Of a stretch of DNA of 64,000 nt, positions 12,030 through 23,991 are shown in pieces. Position 1 is the stretch's first letter; the number at the start of each line of letters is the position of its first letter. Below the pieces are notes generated by a model. The model ran no database searches, had not been told where the DNA came from, and saw only the letters and a program-made list of their open reading frames with translations. The stretch spans positions 124,001 to 188,000 of the forward strand of contig NIVC01001451.1 in NCBI GenBank assembly GCA_002269645.1, read 5' to 3'. The position numbers were made by a program, and so were the translations under genes. The stretch comes from Macrostomum lignano (Eukaryota).

Positions 12030-15000
12030 GTCTGTCTGCCTGTCCGCACTCACCAACATAGCTGAGCAGCACAGGCAGGAACACGAGGCCGTGCAGCGCT
12101 CCGAACAGCACAATGCCCAGGTACATGCGGAAGTAGAAGATGCGGAACAGCTGGGACTTGGCGAAGCCCAGCACCACAATGCCGCCCAGCTTGGTGAGGG
12201 TGATGCCGGAGAACACGGAGCTGCCCATGTGGATGAAGCACTCGCGAGCGCGCAGCAGCCTGGTTGGCTCCTCGGACACGGTGAAAGCGCGAACCATGTG
12301 GGAGCAGAACTCCACTGAGATGCCCAGCGCCTGCGGATCGAGTGGCAATTCGGAATCCTTTAAAGGCTTGCCATTTAATTGATAATCTCACTCATCTCAT
12401 TGATAATCCCACCATTTCATTGATAATGCCACCTTTCGCTCTCCTAATCTCACCTTTCGCTCTCCTAATCTCACCTTTCGCTCTCCTAATCTCACCTTTC
12501 GCTCTCCTAATCTCACCTTTCGCTCTCCTAATCTCACCTTTCGCTCTCCTAATCTCACCTTTCGCTCTCCTAATCTCATCTTTCTCTCTGAGAATCTCAC
12601 CTGTCTCTCTGAGAATCTCACCTGTCTCTCTGCTAATCTCACCTGTCTTTCTTCTAATCTCACCTGTCTCTCTGCTAATCTCACCTCTCTCCGAGAATTT
12701 CACCTGTCTCTCTGGGAATCTCATCTGTCTCTCTAAAAATCTCACCTGTCTCTCTGAGAATGTCACCTATCTCTCTGAGAATGTCACCTGTCTCTGTGAG
12801 AATGTCACCTGTCCCTCTGAGAATCTCACCTGTCTCTCTGCGAATGTTACCTGTCCTTCTGAGAATCTTACCTGTCTCTCTGAGAATCGCACTGGTCTCT
12901 ACGCTAATCGCACCTGTCTCTCTGCTAATCTCACCTGTCTCATATTACTCCTGGGTCACTCTCATCCTTATCCATAGCTAAAAGCAACACAAACAAAACT
13001 CACCATGACAAGATTAACCAAAGACACGGCATTCAAGGTGATATCCCAGAAGTACATCAGGCCTAGCATAGAGTTGAGTATGAGGCCAATAGTGAGCATA
13101 ATAATGACGGTAGCGTACAGATCCAGTCCTAGCAGGACAAAAGTCACAACGGCAATGGCAGCTGCGCAGATGCTCAAGTTAGTAAACGTATCCTTGGCAA
13201 TAGTCAGGTACTGCTCGTAGAACACGTAGAACACGCTATAGGGGAACACCTTGAACTCGGGCTCGCGACCCAGCTGGCGTTTGAAATTAGCATTGATGCC
13301 ATCGGATATGGCGACAGCCGATCGGTAAGCATTGGTGAAGTCGGAGTCAGTTCTCAGCACAGAATGGTAGGCCATGAAATGAGAGGCTGACACTGCGGAC
13401 ACTTTGCTACTGCCAGGCTGTGACGATTGCCGCTCCAGGGACACCGCGTTGGCGTAGGCGGCGTGGCCTCCCTTGGCGCAGGCAACTCCGGGATTGTCGC
13501 GAAGGAAAAAGTCCAGGTAGCCATAGAAACTGCTGGCATCCGGCCAGGAGCTGCTGCTGCTGGTGGTGAAGTTCACCTGGCAACCGGTGCAGTCTGGTTG
13601 AGGGCCCAGGGAGGCTGGGCAGAACTGATGCGGCTTCCCAGCTCGATAGCGGCAGCACTGCACCCCGCTGCCAGAGCCGCTCGGGCTGAGCCAGTCCACG
13701 TAGTCATCAAGCCACGAGCTGGCCGGAGTGGCCAGATACGACACCGACTGCCGGTCGGGCTTGGACAGCCGCGACAACCGGCTCATCATGGAGTCCTGAG
13801 GACAGCCGGCCCGGCCGCACACCAGCTTGGCGTGAGCTGGCCGAGAGAAATCGATACCCTGTCCAGCCAGTACAAAGTAAACGGGCGGTCCAACGCTCAG
13901 GTATTTCTTCACTCCATCAAAGTATCCGATCATGTAGCTGTCTACTGGCATGCTGATTTCCTGGTCCAGGCCGCTGCGAATGCTCGGAATGGCAGCCAGG
14001 CACACGAATGCCCAGCTAACAAATGCTAGGATAACAACTGGTCGGCAGACTGGGGACAACAGCACGCGGGACAGGTGGCGCTTGAACAGCTGGAATAGAA
14101 AGCCGCGGCTCTCCGACTTCACCGTGGCGCTGTCCTCGGGCCGGCTGGACATGGGCTGCGACTTGCTGCTCAAGCAGCACAGCATGTCGAATCTAGAGAT
14201 GAGCATCACATCATGTACATTATGTACTAGCATCAGTCAAAATTATTCCTTTTGCTGTCGCTGTAATGCCTTCTCAGCATCCTACTAAAGTACCCAGCTT
14301 AAATATATACCCAGAAATACCCCCTGTAACATACCCCTGAAATACCCCCCTGTAACATACCCCAGAAATACCCACTGTAACATACCCCAGAAATACCCAC
14401 TGTAACATACCCCTGAAATACCCCCCTGTACATTACCCCAGAAATACCCACTGTAACATACTCCTGAAATACCCCCTGTAACATACCCCTGAAATACCCC
14501 CTGTAACATACCCCTGAAATACCCACTGTAACATACCCCTGAAATACCCCCTGTAACATACCCCTGAAATACCCCCTGTAACATACCCCTGAAATACTCC
14601 CTGTAACATACCCCTGAAATACCCCCTGTAACATACCCCTGAAATACTCCCTGTAACATACCCCTGAAATACCCCCTGTAACATACCCCTGAAATACCCC
14701 CCTGTAACATACTCCTGAAATACCCCTGTAACATACCCCTGAAATACCCCCCTGTAACATACCCCTGAAATACCTCCTGTAACATACTCCTGAAATACCC
14801 CCTGTAACATACCCCTGAAATACCCCCCTGTAACATACCCCTGAAATACCCCCCTGTAACATACCCTTAGAAATACCCGCTGTAGCTTTTCTTAGAAATA
14901 GCCCCTAGGTCATTGCCCTACTGCATCCAGTCTTAAAAAAATCCCTAGAATACATCCCTTACAAATACACCTAGAATACCTCAAGAAATACCCCTAGAAT

Positions 15001-18000
15001 AACTCCAGAATACCTTGAAATACACCTAGAATGTCCCGTAGAATACCCCAATAAATACCTTAGAATACCCCTAGAATACATTTACAAATACCCCTATAAA
15101 TACCCTAGAATACCACTGTAAATACCCTAGAATACCCCTATAAATACCCTAGAATACTCTTATAGATACCCTAAAATATCCTTACAAATACCCTAGAATA
15201 CCCATACAAATACCCTAAAATACCCCTATAAATACCCTGGAATACTTATATAAATACCCTAGAATACCCATATAAATACCCTAGAAAAGCCCTACAAATA
15301 CCCGCCCTAGAAGTACCCCGAAGAGCCTGGCAGCTCAGGCCAGTCGCTAGCCATTGTGACAAGCTAATAAAGCAACTCACCTGGCAGATGCCTGTCGCTT
15401 GCAGTCGAGAGTGAGCAGAGCCACAAAGCAGCTGATCTGCAGCAGGAAGTCAATCAGCACAGCCATGCCAGCGTACAGGGCGAACACTCGGACAGCTGGC
15501 ATCGGTGTCAGAGCTCCGAAGAAGAAGGCAACAGACTCGCTAGCGCTGGACAGCAGCATGCTGGGCCCGACCCCGCCAACAGCCCGAGCCACGCGCGACT
15601 CCACCGAATCCGTGCAGGCGCTGTAGTCCCGCTGATAGGCCTGCACCAAGATGAAGATGTTGTCAACCCCGACTGCCAGCACCAGGAACGGCACCACCTC
15701 CACTATGATGAGGGTCGCCGGATAGCCCAGGAAACTCCAGACTCCCAGAGATGAAGACACGGCCAGCAGTACGATGACAACTCCGGCCAAGCCTAGAGTG
15801 ATTTTCAAATCTATCATAACCCTTGAGCAGGACTTGTACTGGCCTAGGGTGACTGTCACATAGCCAAACATCACTAAATAGCTGATGAGGATGGTCAGCA
15901 CATCCGAGTGCGACTCCCGCTCCAGTTCATCCTGGATGCTGCGCTCGCTGCGGTAGCGAATGTCCCACAGGTCTTCGTGAGAGCTGGCGTGTCTGCGGGT
16001 TGGAGGGGCCGATTCTCATGCCTGCATTTCTCATCTATCTGTTCTTTCTCATGCCTGCATTTCTCATCTGTCTGTTCTTTCTCATGCCTGCATTTCTCAT
16101 TTGTCTGTTCTTTCTCATGCCTGCATTTCTCATCTGTCTGTTCTTTCTCATGCCTGCATTTCTCATTTGTCTGTTCTTTCTCATGCCTGCATTTCTCATC
16201 TGTCTGTTCTTTCTCATGCCTGCATTTCTCATCTGTTTGTTCTTTCTCATGCCTGCATTTCTCATCTGTCTGTTCTTTCTCATGCCTGCATTTCTCATCT
16301 GTCTGCTCTTTCTCATGCCTGCATTTCTCATCTGTTTGTTCTTTCTCATGCCTGCATTTCTCACCTACGGACCTACCTGTTCTTTCTCATGCCTGCATTT
16401 CTCACCTACCTGTTCTTTCTCATGCCTGCATTTCTCACCTACCTGTTCTTTCTCATGCCTGCATTTCTCACCTACCTGTTCTTTCTCATGCCTGCATTTC
16501 TCACCTACCTGTTCTTTCTCATGCCTGCATTTCTCACCTGTCTGTTCTTTCTCATGCCTGCATTTCTCATCTGTCTGTTCTTTTTCATGCCTGCATTTCT
16601 CATCTGTCTGTTCTTTCTCATGCCTGCATTTCTCACCTGTCTGTTCTTTCTCATGCCTGCATTTCTCATCTGTCTGTTCTTTTTCATGCCTGCATTTCTC
16701 ATCTGTCTGTTCTTTCTCATGCCTGCATTTCTCACCTGTCTGTTCTTTCTCATGCCTGCATTTCTCATCTGTCTGTTCTTTCTCATGCCTGCATTTCTCA
16801 CCTGTCTGTTCTTTCTCATGCCTGCATTTCTCACCTGTCTGTTCTTTCTCATGCCTGCATTTCTCACGCCCCTCATTCCCCACGCCAGAGCCCAAAACCA
16901 ACCTCCGCACGACCTCCATGAAGCCGGCCTCCCAGTCGATAGCCTTCTGCCTCACAGCGGGGTCGTTGCTAACCAAGAAAGTCAGGACAATCGCGCTAGC
17001 ATTCAAAAACTCCGAGCCATTGTAGCCTCCAAACACTACGGCGGGGTTGATGGGGCCGCCCCACTCGGATAGGCACGACGGTCCCATGGGATTGTCGGTG
17101 CAGGCGGACATGTGCATCCACCAGTCGCTAACGATGAGGTGCGTGTCCATGGCCAGCATCTCTTCGTCATATTTCACTTGCATCAGGCGGCTCATGTTGG
17201 ACTGCGAGAGCATGAATAAATAATAACCAATAATTATATAATCTCCGAAATCTCACCTTTCCACTCCAGAGTGACAATCTCAAATGGAGAGTGGCAATCT
17301 CAAATCGAGAGTGACTCTCCCAGACCGAAAGTGACAATCTCAAATCGAGAGTGAAAATCTCAAATCAAGAGGGACAATCTCAAATCGAGAGTGAAAATCT
17401 CAAATCAAGAGTGACAATCTCAAATCGAGAGAGACCATTTCAATTGGAGAGTGACCATTTTAAATCGAGTGACAATCTCAAATCGAGAGTGATCATTTCA
17501 AATGAAGAGTGACAATCTCAAATTGAGAGTGACAATTTCAAATCGAGAGTGACAATCTCAAATTGAGAGTGACCATTTCAAATGGAGAGTGACCATTTCA
17601 AATGGAGAGTGACCATTTCAAATGGAGAGTGACCATTTCAAATGGAGAGTGACCATTTCAAATGGAGAGTGACCATTTCAAATGGAGAGTGACAATCTCA
17701 AATCGAGTGACAATCTCAAATGGAGAGTGACAATCTCAAATCAAGAGTGACAATCTCAAATCGAGAGTGAAAATCTCAAATCAAGAGTGACAATCTCAAA
17801 TCGAGAGACCATTTCAATTGGAGAGTGACCATTTTAAATCGAGTGACAATCTCAAATCGAGAGTGATCATTTCAAATGAAGAGTGACAATCTCAAATTGA
17901 GAGTGACAATTTCAAATCGAGAGTGACAATCTCAAATTGAGAGTGACAATTTCAAATCGAGAGTGACAATCTCAAATCGAGAGTGATCATTTCAAATCGA

Positions 18001-21000
18001 GAGTGACCAGGACCATTTCAAATGGAGAGTGACCATTTCAAATGGAGAGTGACCATTTCAAATGGAGAGTGACCATTTCAAATGGAGAGTGACCATTTCA
18101 AATGGAGAGTGACCATTTCAAATGGAGAGTGACCATTTCAAATGGAGAGTGACCATTTCAAATGGAGAGTGACCATTTCAAATGGAGAGTGACAATCTCA
18201 AATCAAGAGTGACAATCTCAAATCGAGAGTGAAAATCTCAAATCAAGAGTGACAATCTCAAATCGAGAGAGACCATTTCAATTGGAGAGTGACCATTTTA
18301 AATCGAGTGACAATCTCAAATCGAGAGTGATCATTTCAAATGAAGAGTGACAATCTCAAATTGAGAGTGACAATTTCAAATCGAGAGTGACAATCTCAAA
18401 TTGAGAGTGACAATTTCAAATCGAGAGTGACAATCTCAAATCGAGAGTGATCATTTCAAATCGAGAGTGACCAGGACCATTTCAAATGGAGAGTGACCAT
18501 TTCAAATGGAGAGTGACCATTTCAAATGGAGAGTGACCATTTCAAATGGAGAGTGACCATTTCAAATGGAGAGTGACCATTTCAAATGGAGAGTGACCAT
18601 TTCAAATGGAGAGTGACCATTTCAAATGGAGAGTGACAATCTCAAATCGAGTGACAATCTCAAATCGAGTGACAATCTCAAATCGAGAGTGACAATCTCA
18701 AATCGAGAGTGACAATCTCAAATCGAGAGTGACAATCTCAAATCGAGAGTGACAATCTCAAAATTTCACCCCTTTTATTGCAATCGAGAGTGACAAAGAC
18801 GCACCTGAAAATACCCGAGCGGACTCTGCACAGCGCAGGTAGTGTAGTCAGGAGCCAGCGGCTTGAAGCAGATATCCGACAGGGTGATGTTCGCTGTGCC
18901 AAGCGAACTCTTCACAGACAGATTGACTACGTCTAACTGCAGCTGTAGCACGCGTTTAAGAAAGCTTTTGCTCAGCGCTGGCCCAAGTTGTTTGTGCTTT
19001 GGCAAGTCGTAGTAGTCATAGGAACTGATGGGCACCGGGCTCTGGTTCCTGGGGATGATGATCACTTGCTCCGTGCGGAAGAACGGCCTGGCGGTTTGTT
19101 GAAGAAAGTTTGACAATTGATTTTGTAATCTAAGAGTGTGATTTGTAATCTAAGAGTGAGATTTGTAATCTAAGAGTGAGATTTGTAATCTAAGAGTGAG
19201 ATTTGTAATCTAAGAGTGAGATTTGTAATCTAAGAGTGAGATTTGTAATCTAAGAGTGAGATTTGTAATCTAAGAGTGAGATTTGTAATCTAAGAGTGAG
19301 ATTTGCAATCTGGGAGTGAGATTTGTAATCTAAGAGTGTGATTTGTAATCTAAGAGTGAGATTTGTAATCTAAGAGTGTGATTTGTAATCTAAGAGTGTG
19401 ATTTGTAATCTAAGAGTGAGATTTGTTATCTAAAAGTGAGATTTGTAATCTAAAAGTGAGATTTGTAATCTAAGAGTGAGATTTGTAATCTAAGAGTGAG
19501 ATTTGCAATCTGGGAGTGAGATTTGTAATCTAAGAGTGAGATTTGTAATCTAAGAGTGAGATTTGTAATCTAAGAGTGAGATTTGTAATCTAAGAGTGAG
19601 ATTTGTAATCTAAGAGTGAGATTTGTAATCTAAGAGTGAGATTTGTAATCTAAGAGTGAGATTTGTAATCTAAGAGTGAGGTTTGTAATCTGGGAGTGAG
19701 ATTTGTAATCTAAGAGTGAGATTTGTAATCTAAGAGTGAGATTTGTAATCTAAGAGTGAGATTTGTTATCTAAAAGTGAGATTTGTAATCTAAAAGTGAG
19801 ATTTGTAATCTAAGAGTGAGAACAAGGATAATTTTGAAAATATTTAGCATAAAAATTTACAAGTTGAATGATACAAGTTTCTAAATAAAAATTACCCAAC
19901 CCTTGCGTAGGACCCCCCCCCCGCACTGCACAATTCAAAAAAGGTCAGGACTATTTGCAACCAGCATCAGGCCACCCGCCTACAAAGCCCGCCCACCCTC
20001 AACCTTCATTAAACATATTTAGTGAAGAGAAAAATACTAAAAAGTTGGCACAGAAGAACCCCAAATTCGGACACACTTCGGTGCCAAGCGATGACTCACA
20101 CGCCTGACCCCCCTGTCCCGCATTCTAAGCCAGGGACTACTGAAAAAAGAGAATCTGGACTGGAAAGCCCTGACCAGAATCGAATCTCAGAGCTGACAAA
20201 GGCGCTGAGATGAGAGGCGTAAAGTGCATCACGCCATCAGGAGAGAGCGGCCCCACTCTCTATCCCAAAATCGCAGAAAGCTTGTGTACAACTAACTGGA
20301 GCTAAAAATAGAACTCTCCCCATCAACAGAGAAGACCTTGGTTAGCGCGTTGCTATGGGAAACGGCCCAGAGACGGGCAGGGAAGGGAAGGGGCGGGAAA
20401 GGAGAGAGAAGAGAAGATCAGGATAAATCCTTCTCATCTGATTTAATCCATTCATTCCCTTTGCCACATCTCAGTAGTATGCATATTTTCCTTTACAATA
20501 TTATAACTTAATGTTAAAAGTATTATAGTCAATAACCACACATAGGAGGAGTAAAGTACACGCAAGGACTGAGTTAAGGGCACACAGCTGTGCCCGGTCA
20601 AGCGGTTTACTGTTTAATATAACTCAAACAAGCTTATAGACTTTATAAAATGGCGCGACAGTGCAGATCTACCAACCCCATATAAGTTGCAGCGGCCAGC
20701 TGCTGTCAAAGCTACCGTTAACATAATGCAATCGATAAGTTTTAACTGAAACAACTGTATAAAATGTAACCTATTCACTTCCTCCTGATTGTCATCAAAC
20801 TAACTAATCATTCAATCAAGGCTAATTTATCAATCTAAATGACATAACTGATAGCTGGTTGCTGAGTAAATACCCACACTGTGTTTATTTTGCATACATT
20901 AATATGATTGCTTTGATAAGCGTGGGTTAATAAGATAATCATATTTTACAATTGGAAAATCAAACTGATACAGTATGAGGCTGCGACCCAGCAACTGAGG

Positions 21001-23991
21001 ATCTGGGAGGCTGGCCTAGCAACTGAGGATCTGGGAGGCTGGCCTAGCAACTGAGGATCCGGGAGGCTTGGCCCGGCAACTGAGGATCTGGGAGGCTGGC
21101 CTAGCAACTGAGGATCTGGGAGGCTGGCCTAGCAACTGAGGATCTGGGAGGCTGGCCTAGCAACTGAGGATCCGGGAGGCTTGGCCCGGCAACTGAGGAT
21201 CTGGGAGGCTGGCCTAGCAACTGAGGATCTGGGAGGCTGGCCTAGCAACTGAGGATCTGGGAGGCTGGCCTAGCAACTGAGGATCTGGGAGGCTGGCCTA
21301 GTAACTGAGGATCCGGGAGGCTTGGCCCGGCAACTGAGGATCTGGGAGGCTGGCCTAGCAACTGAGGATCTGGGAGGCTGGCCTAGCAACTGAGGATCTG
21401 GGAGGCTGGCCTAGCAACTGAGGATCTGGGAGGCTGGCCTAGCAACTGAGGATCCGGGAGGCTTGGCCCGGCAACTGAGGATCTGGGAGGCTGGCCTAGC
21501 AACTGAGGATCTGGGAGGCTGGCCTAGCAACTGAGGATCTGGGAGGCTGGCCTAGCAACTGAGGATCTGGGAGGCTGGCCTAGCAACTGAGGATCTGGGA
21601 GGCTGGCCTAGCAACTGAGGATCTGGGAGGCTGGCCTAGCAACTGAGGATCCGGGAGGCTTGGCCCGGCAACTGAGGATCTGGGAGGCTGGCCTAGCAAC
21701 TGAGGATCTGGGAGGCTGGCCTAGCAACTGAGGATCTGGGAGACTGGCCCAGCAACTGAGGATCTGGGAGGCTGGCCTAGCAACTGAGGATCTGGGAGGC
21801 TGGCCTAGCGACTGAGAATCTGGGAGGCTGGCCTAGCGACTGAGGATCTGGGAGCCTGGCCTAGCAACTGAGGATCTGGGAGGCTGGCCTAGCAACTGAG
21901 GATCTGGGAGGCTGGCCTAGCAACTGAGGATCTGGGAGGCTGGCCTAGCAACTGAGGATCTGGGAGGCTGGCCTAGCAACTGAGGATCTGGGAGGCTGGC
22001 CCAGCAACTGAGGATTTGGCGAGCAAGGCGCACAGTGATATCGCAGCGGCTCACCCGAAGTGCGCATCAAAGTACTCCTTCTGCTGCCTGGCAGTGCTGT
22101 CTGGAGCGCTCCACAGGTCCACAGGGTCGGTGGTGACCTGGAAGCGGATGATGCCGCAGCTGAGGCCCAGGCAGGCCAGCAACCCAAGCGTGAGCACCAG
22201 CACGGGGTGCCCGGCCACCGCCCGACCCCAGGCCGCAAACACGGATTCAATTCGCCGATCAAAGCCGGCGCACAGCCTCTCGGACTCGGCACCAGACGAT
22301 GATGAAAAAGAATTCGACGACTTGGCGCCAGCAACCAGAGCGGCCTCGGAGCGGCTGAGCGGCTGGTGGGTCTGGTGCGGCAGGAAGCACTCCCGGCTGC
22401 TCGGCGAAGTCATGCCGAAGGTCACGCCGTTCGGACAGCTGTCCGAGGTGGCCGCAGCGGAGGCGGCTGCAGCTTCGGCGGCCGCCGCATCGGCTGGATC
22501 ATCAGCGATCAGTTCGTTATCGACGGCAACGGCGGCTGCGGCGGTGGCATCGTCGACAACGTCGCGCTGATGACGCATCGGCGAAGACGAGGACTTTTTC
22601 GACGGAGGCGAGTAGACGTGGAAGTACAGGTTGGAGGCGGCGAATGCCACAATGAAGGCCGCATAGGCAATGGCCAGGCAGATGTACCAGACGCTGATGC
22701 CGAGAACTCGCCAGGTGTTGGAGGAGCCGCTGCTCTGCAGTGCAGCCAAATCGTTGTCGAATCCGGCGGAAGCTGCGGAACACACGGCCGGACAGTCGAT
22801 GCAGGAGCAGGCCGACTGGCCGTTGAATCCGGTCTGGCAGGGCACCACCTTGGCGTTCATGCCGCACATGTCAGCTGCAGTGGTTGTCTTAGTAGTCATT
22901 GTGGTTTGTGTTGTCACAGTTGATTTGTTACTGCCAGCACTGGAATCTGCATTGGTGACAGGAGTTTTACTAACAACGCTGGTTGGAGTGGCGCCACTGC
23001 GACCATCGGCGGTCTGGGGCAGCGCAGTCGTCACCGGATTAAGGTCAAAGTCGCCAAAGTCAAATTCGCTATCAACAGACCGTCGAGTCCTGCCTGGTTG
23101 GTCCTGAGCGGCGCAGGCGTTGTCTGTGACGTGGAATTTAGTCACGAACGGTGCGTACGGGTTTATGGCGGGACTTCCCAGAAAGTTGAACACATCCGTG
23201 ACTTTGCAATCCTCAGCTGGCACAGGGGTGCACAGACTGCCGATAGCTTTGCCATTGCCCATTGTGACACTTTTGCAGCTGTTGAACATGCCCTCGGCAA
23301 ACTGCCGACTCACTGTGTAGTCAATTCGCAGCACTCCCTTACTAGCTGGGTCGGTCTCAACTACGCGCAGGAACTCGTGCTGCCGCGGTGAGCAAGCGTA
23401 CTGGCAGTAGAGGGTGCGGAAGTTGCGCCAGCAGCTCGGGCAGCGCTTGAACAGCATGCCAGCATTGCCGATGCCAGCGCTGAGTGACAGGACCTGGCTG
23501 GCTGAGCAGCACAGCTGCGGATGCCCATCTGGTCCGCGCATGCGGCTGTCCAGCATCTCTGGGCACAGTTGAGCCAGGGTGTTGAGTGCACTGGAGTTTG
23601 TCAGAGGCTGGGGTGGCCCACTGTACTTGCAGTTGAGTGGCTTGCCTGTTTCTGGATGCCGGCCGCATTCATTGTGCCAAACACAACTGGCAGCAACCTG
23701 AGATGGATAATTTATGAAATTTTGTTATAACCAGCCCAAAAACTAAAATATGTCAGAGCAAAAATAAATTTTAAGAAAAGCTTACCAATTGAACAGAGGT
23801 GGCAAGGAATAAACTAATTGTCAAAATGGTTTTCATCTGAAATAGGAAACATATAGTTATAAAAACTAGCAACTTTAATAAACATAAGAAACATAAAAAC
23901 TAAAATTGGTTAGTGCTTTAGAACTTAGATTAAAATCCATTACTAATATACATGCGCAACTGCTGGCCAACCTAGCCGATCCGGCCACCAT
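10770..23991 (-). CDS. NPC1: Niemann-Pick C1-like lysosomal cholesterol transporter (spliced, about 1480 aa)
   Basis: Exons (minus strand): 23944-23991 (tentative signal-peptide exon [16 protein letters not shown]), 22055-23697 (NTD: CVWHNECG...[16 protein letters not shown]; TDPVDLWS), 18805-19087 ([10 protein letters not shown]), 16903-17201, 15381-15992 (sterol-sensing domain: [17 protein letters not shown]), 13004-14192 ([20 protein letters not shown]), 12054-12330 ([16 protein letters not shown]), 10770-10864 (GPSLRR...ELLDEV*). All GT/AG with matching phases; total 4446 nt. Only the first exon is uncertain. Confidence 0.93.
10921..11277. repeat. 20 bp minisatellite GATCCCCATCAGTCCGCCAT (NPC1 last intron)
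   Basis: Tandem copies visible. Confidence 0.95.
11790..12045. repeat. (CTGT)n microsatellite (NPC1 last intron)
   Basis: Tandem copies visible up to the donor at 12053. Confidence 0.95.
12430..12945. repeat. 21 bp minisatellite CTCCTAATCTCACCTTTCGCT and variants (NPC1 intron)
   Basis: Tandem copies visible. Confidence 0.93.
14305..15305. repeat. ~24 bp CCCCTGTAACATACCCCTGAAATA array followed by a degenerate ATACCCTAGAAT array (NPC1 intron)
   Basis: Tandem copies visible. Confidence 0.9.
16013..16866. repeat. 33 bp minisatellite TTCTCATGCCTGCATTTCTCATCTGTCTGTTCT (NPC1 intron)
   Basis: Tandem copies visible. Confidence 0.95.
17255..18797. repeat. 20 bp minisatellite GAGAGTGACAATCTCAAATC with higher-order blocks (NPC1 intron)
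   Basis: Tandem copies; a multi-unit variant block recurs at about 17330, 17730 and 18210. Confidence 0.93.
19122..19820. repeat. 20 bp minisatellite GAGATTTGTAATCTAAGAGT (NPC1 intron)
   Basis: Tandem copies visible. Confidence 0.95.
20990..22018. repeat. 28 bp minisatellite GCAACTGAGGATCTGGGAGGCTGGCCTA (NPC1 intron)
   Basis: Highly homogeneous tandem copies. Confidence 0.95.

Noticed and set aside
17255-19820. Possible inverted relationship between the two 20-bp arrays flanking NPC1 exon 18805-19087 (exon looping or circRNA)
   Set aside because: Only short partial complementarity (GAGATT) by eye; not convincing without folding.
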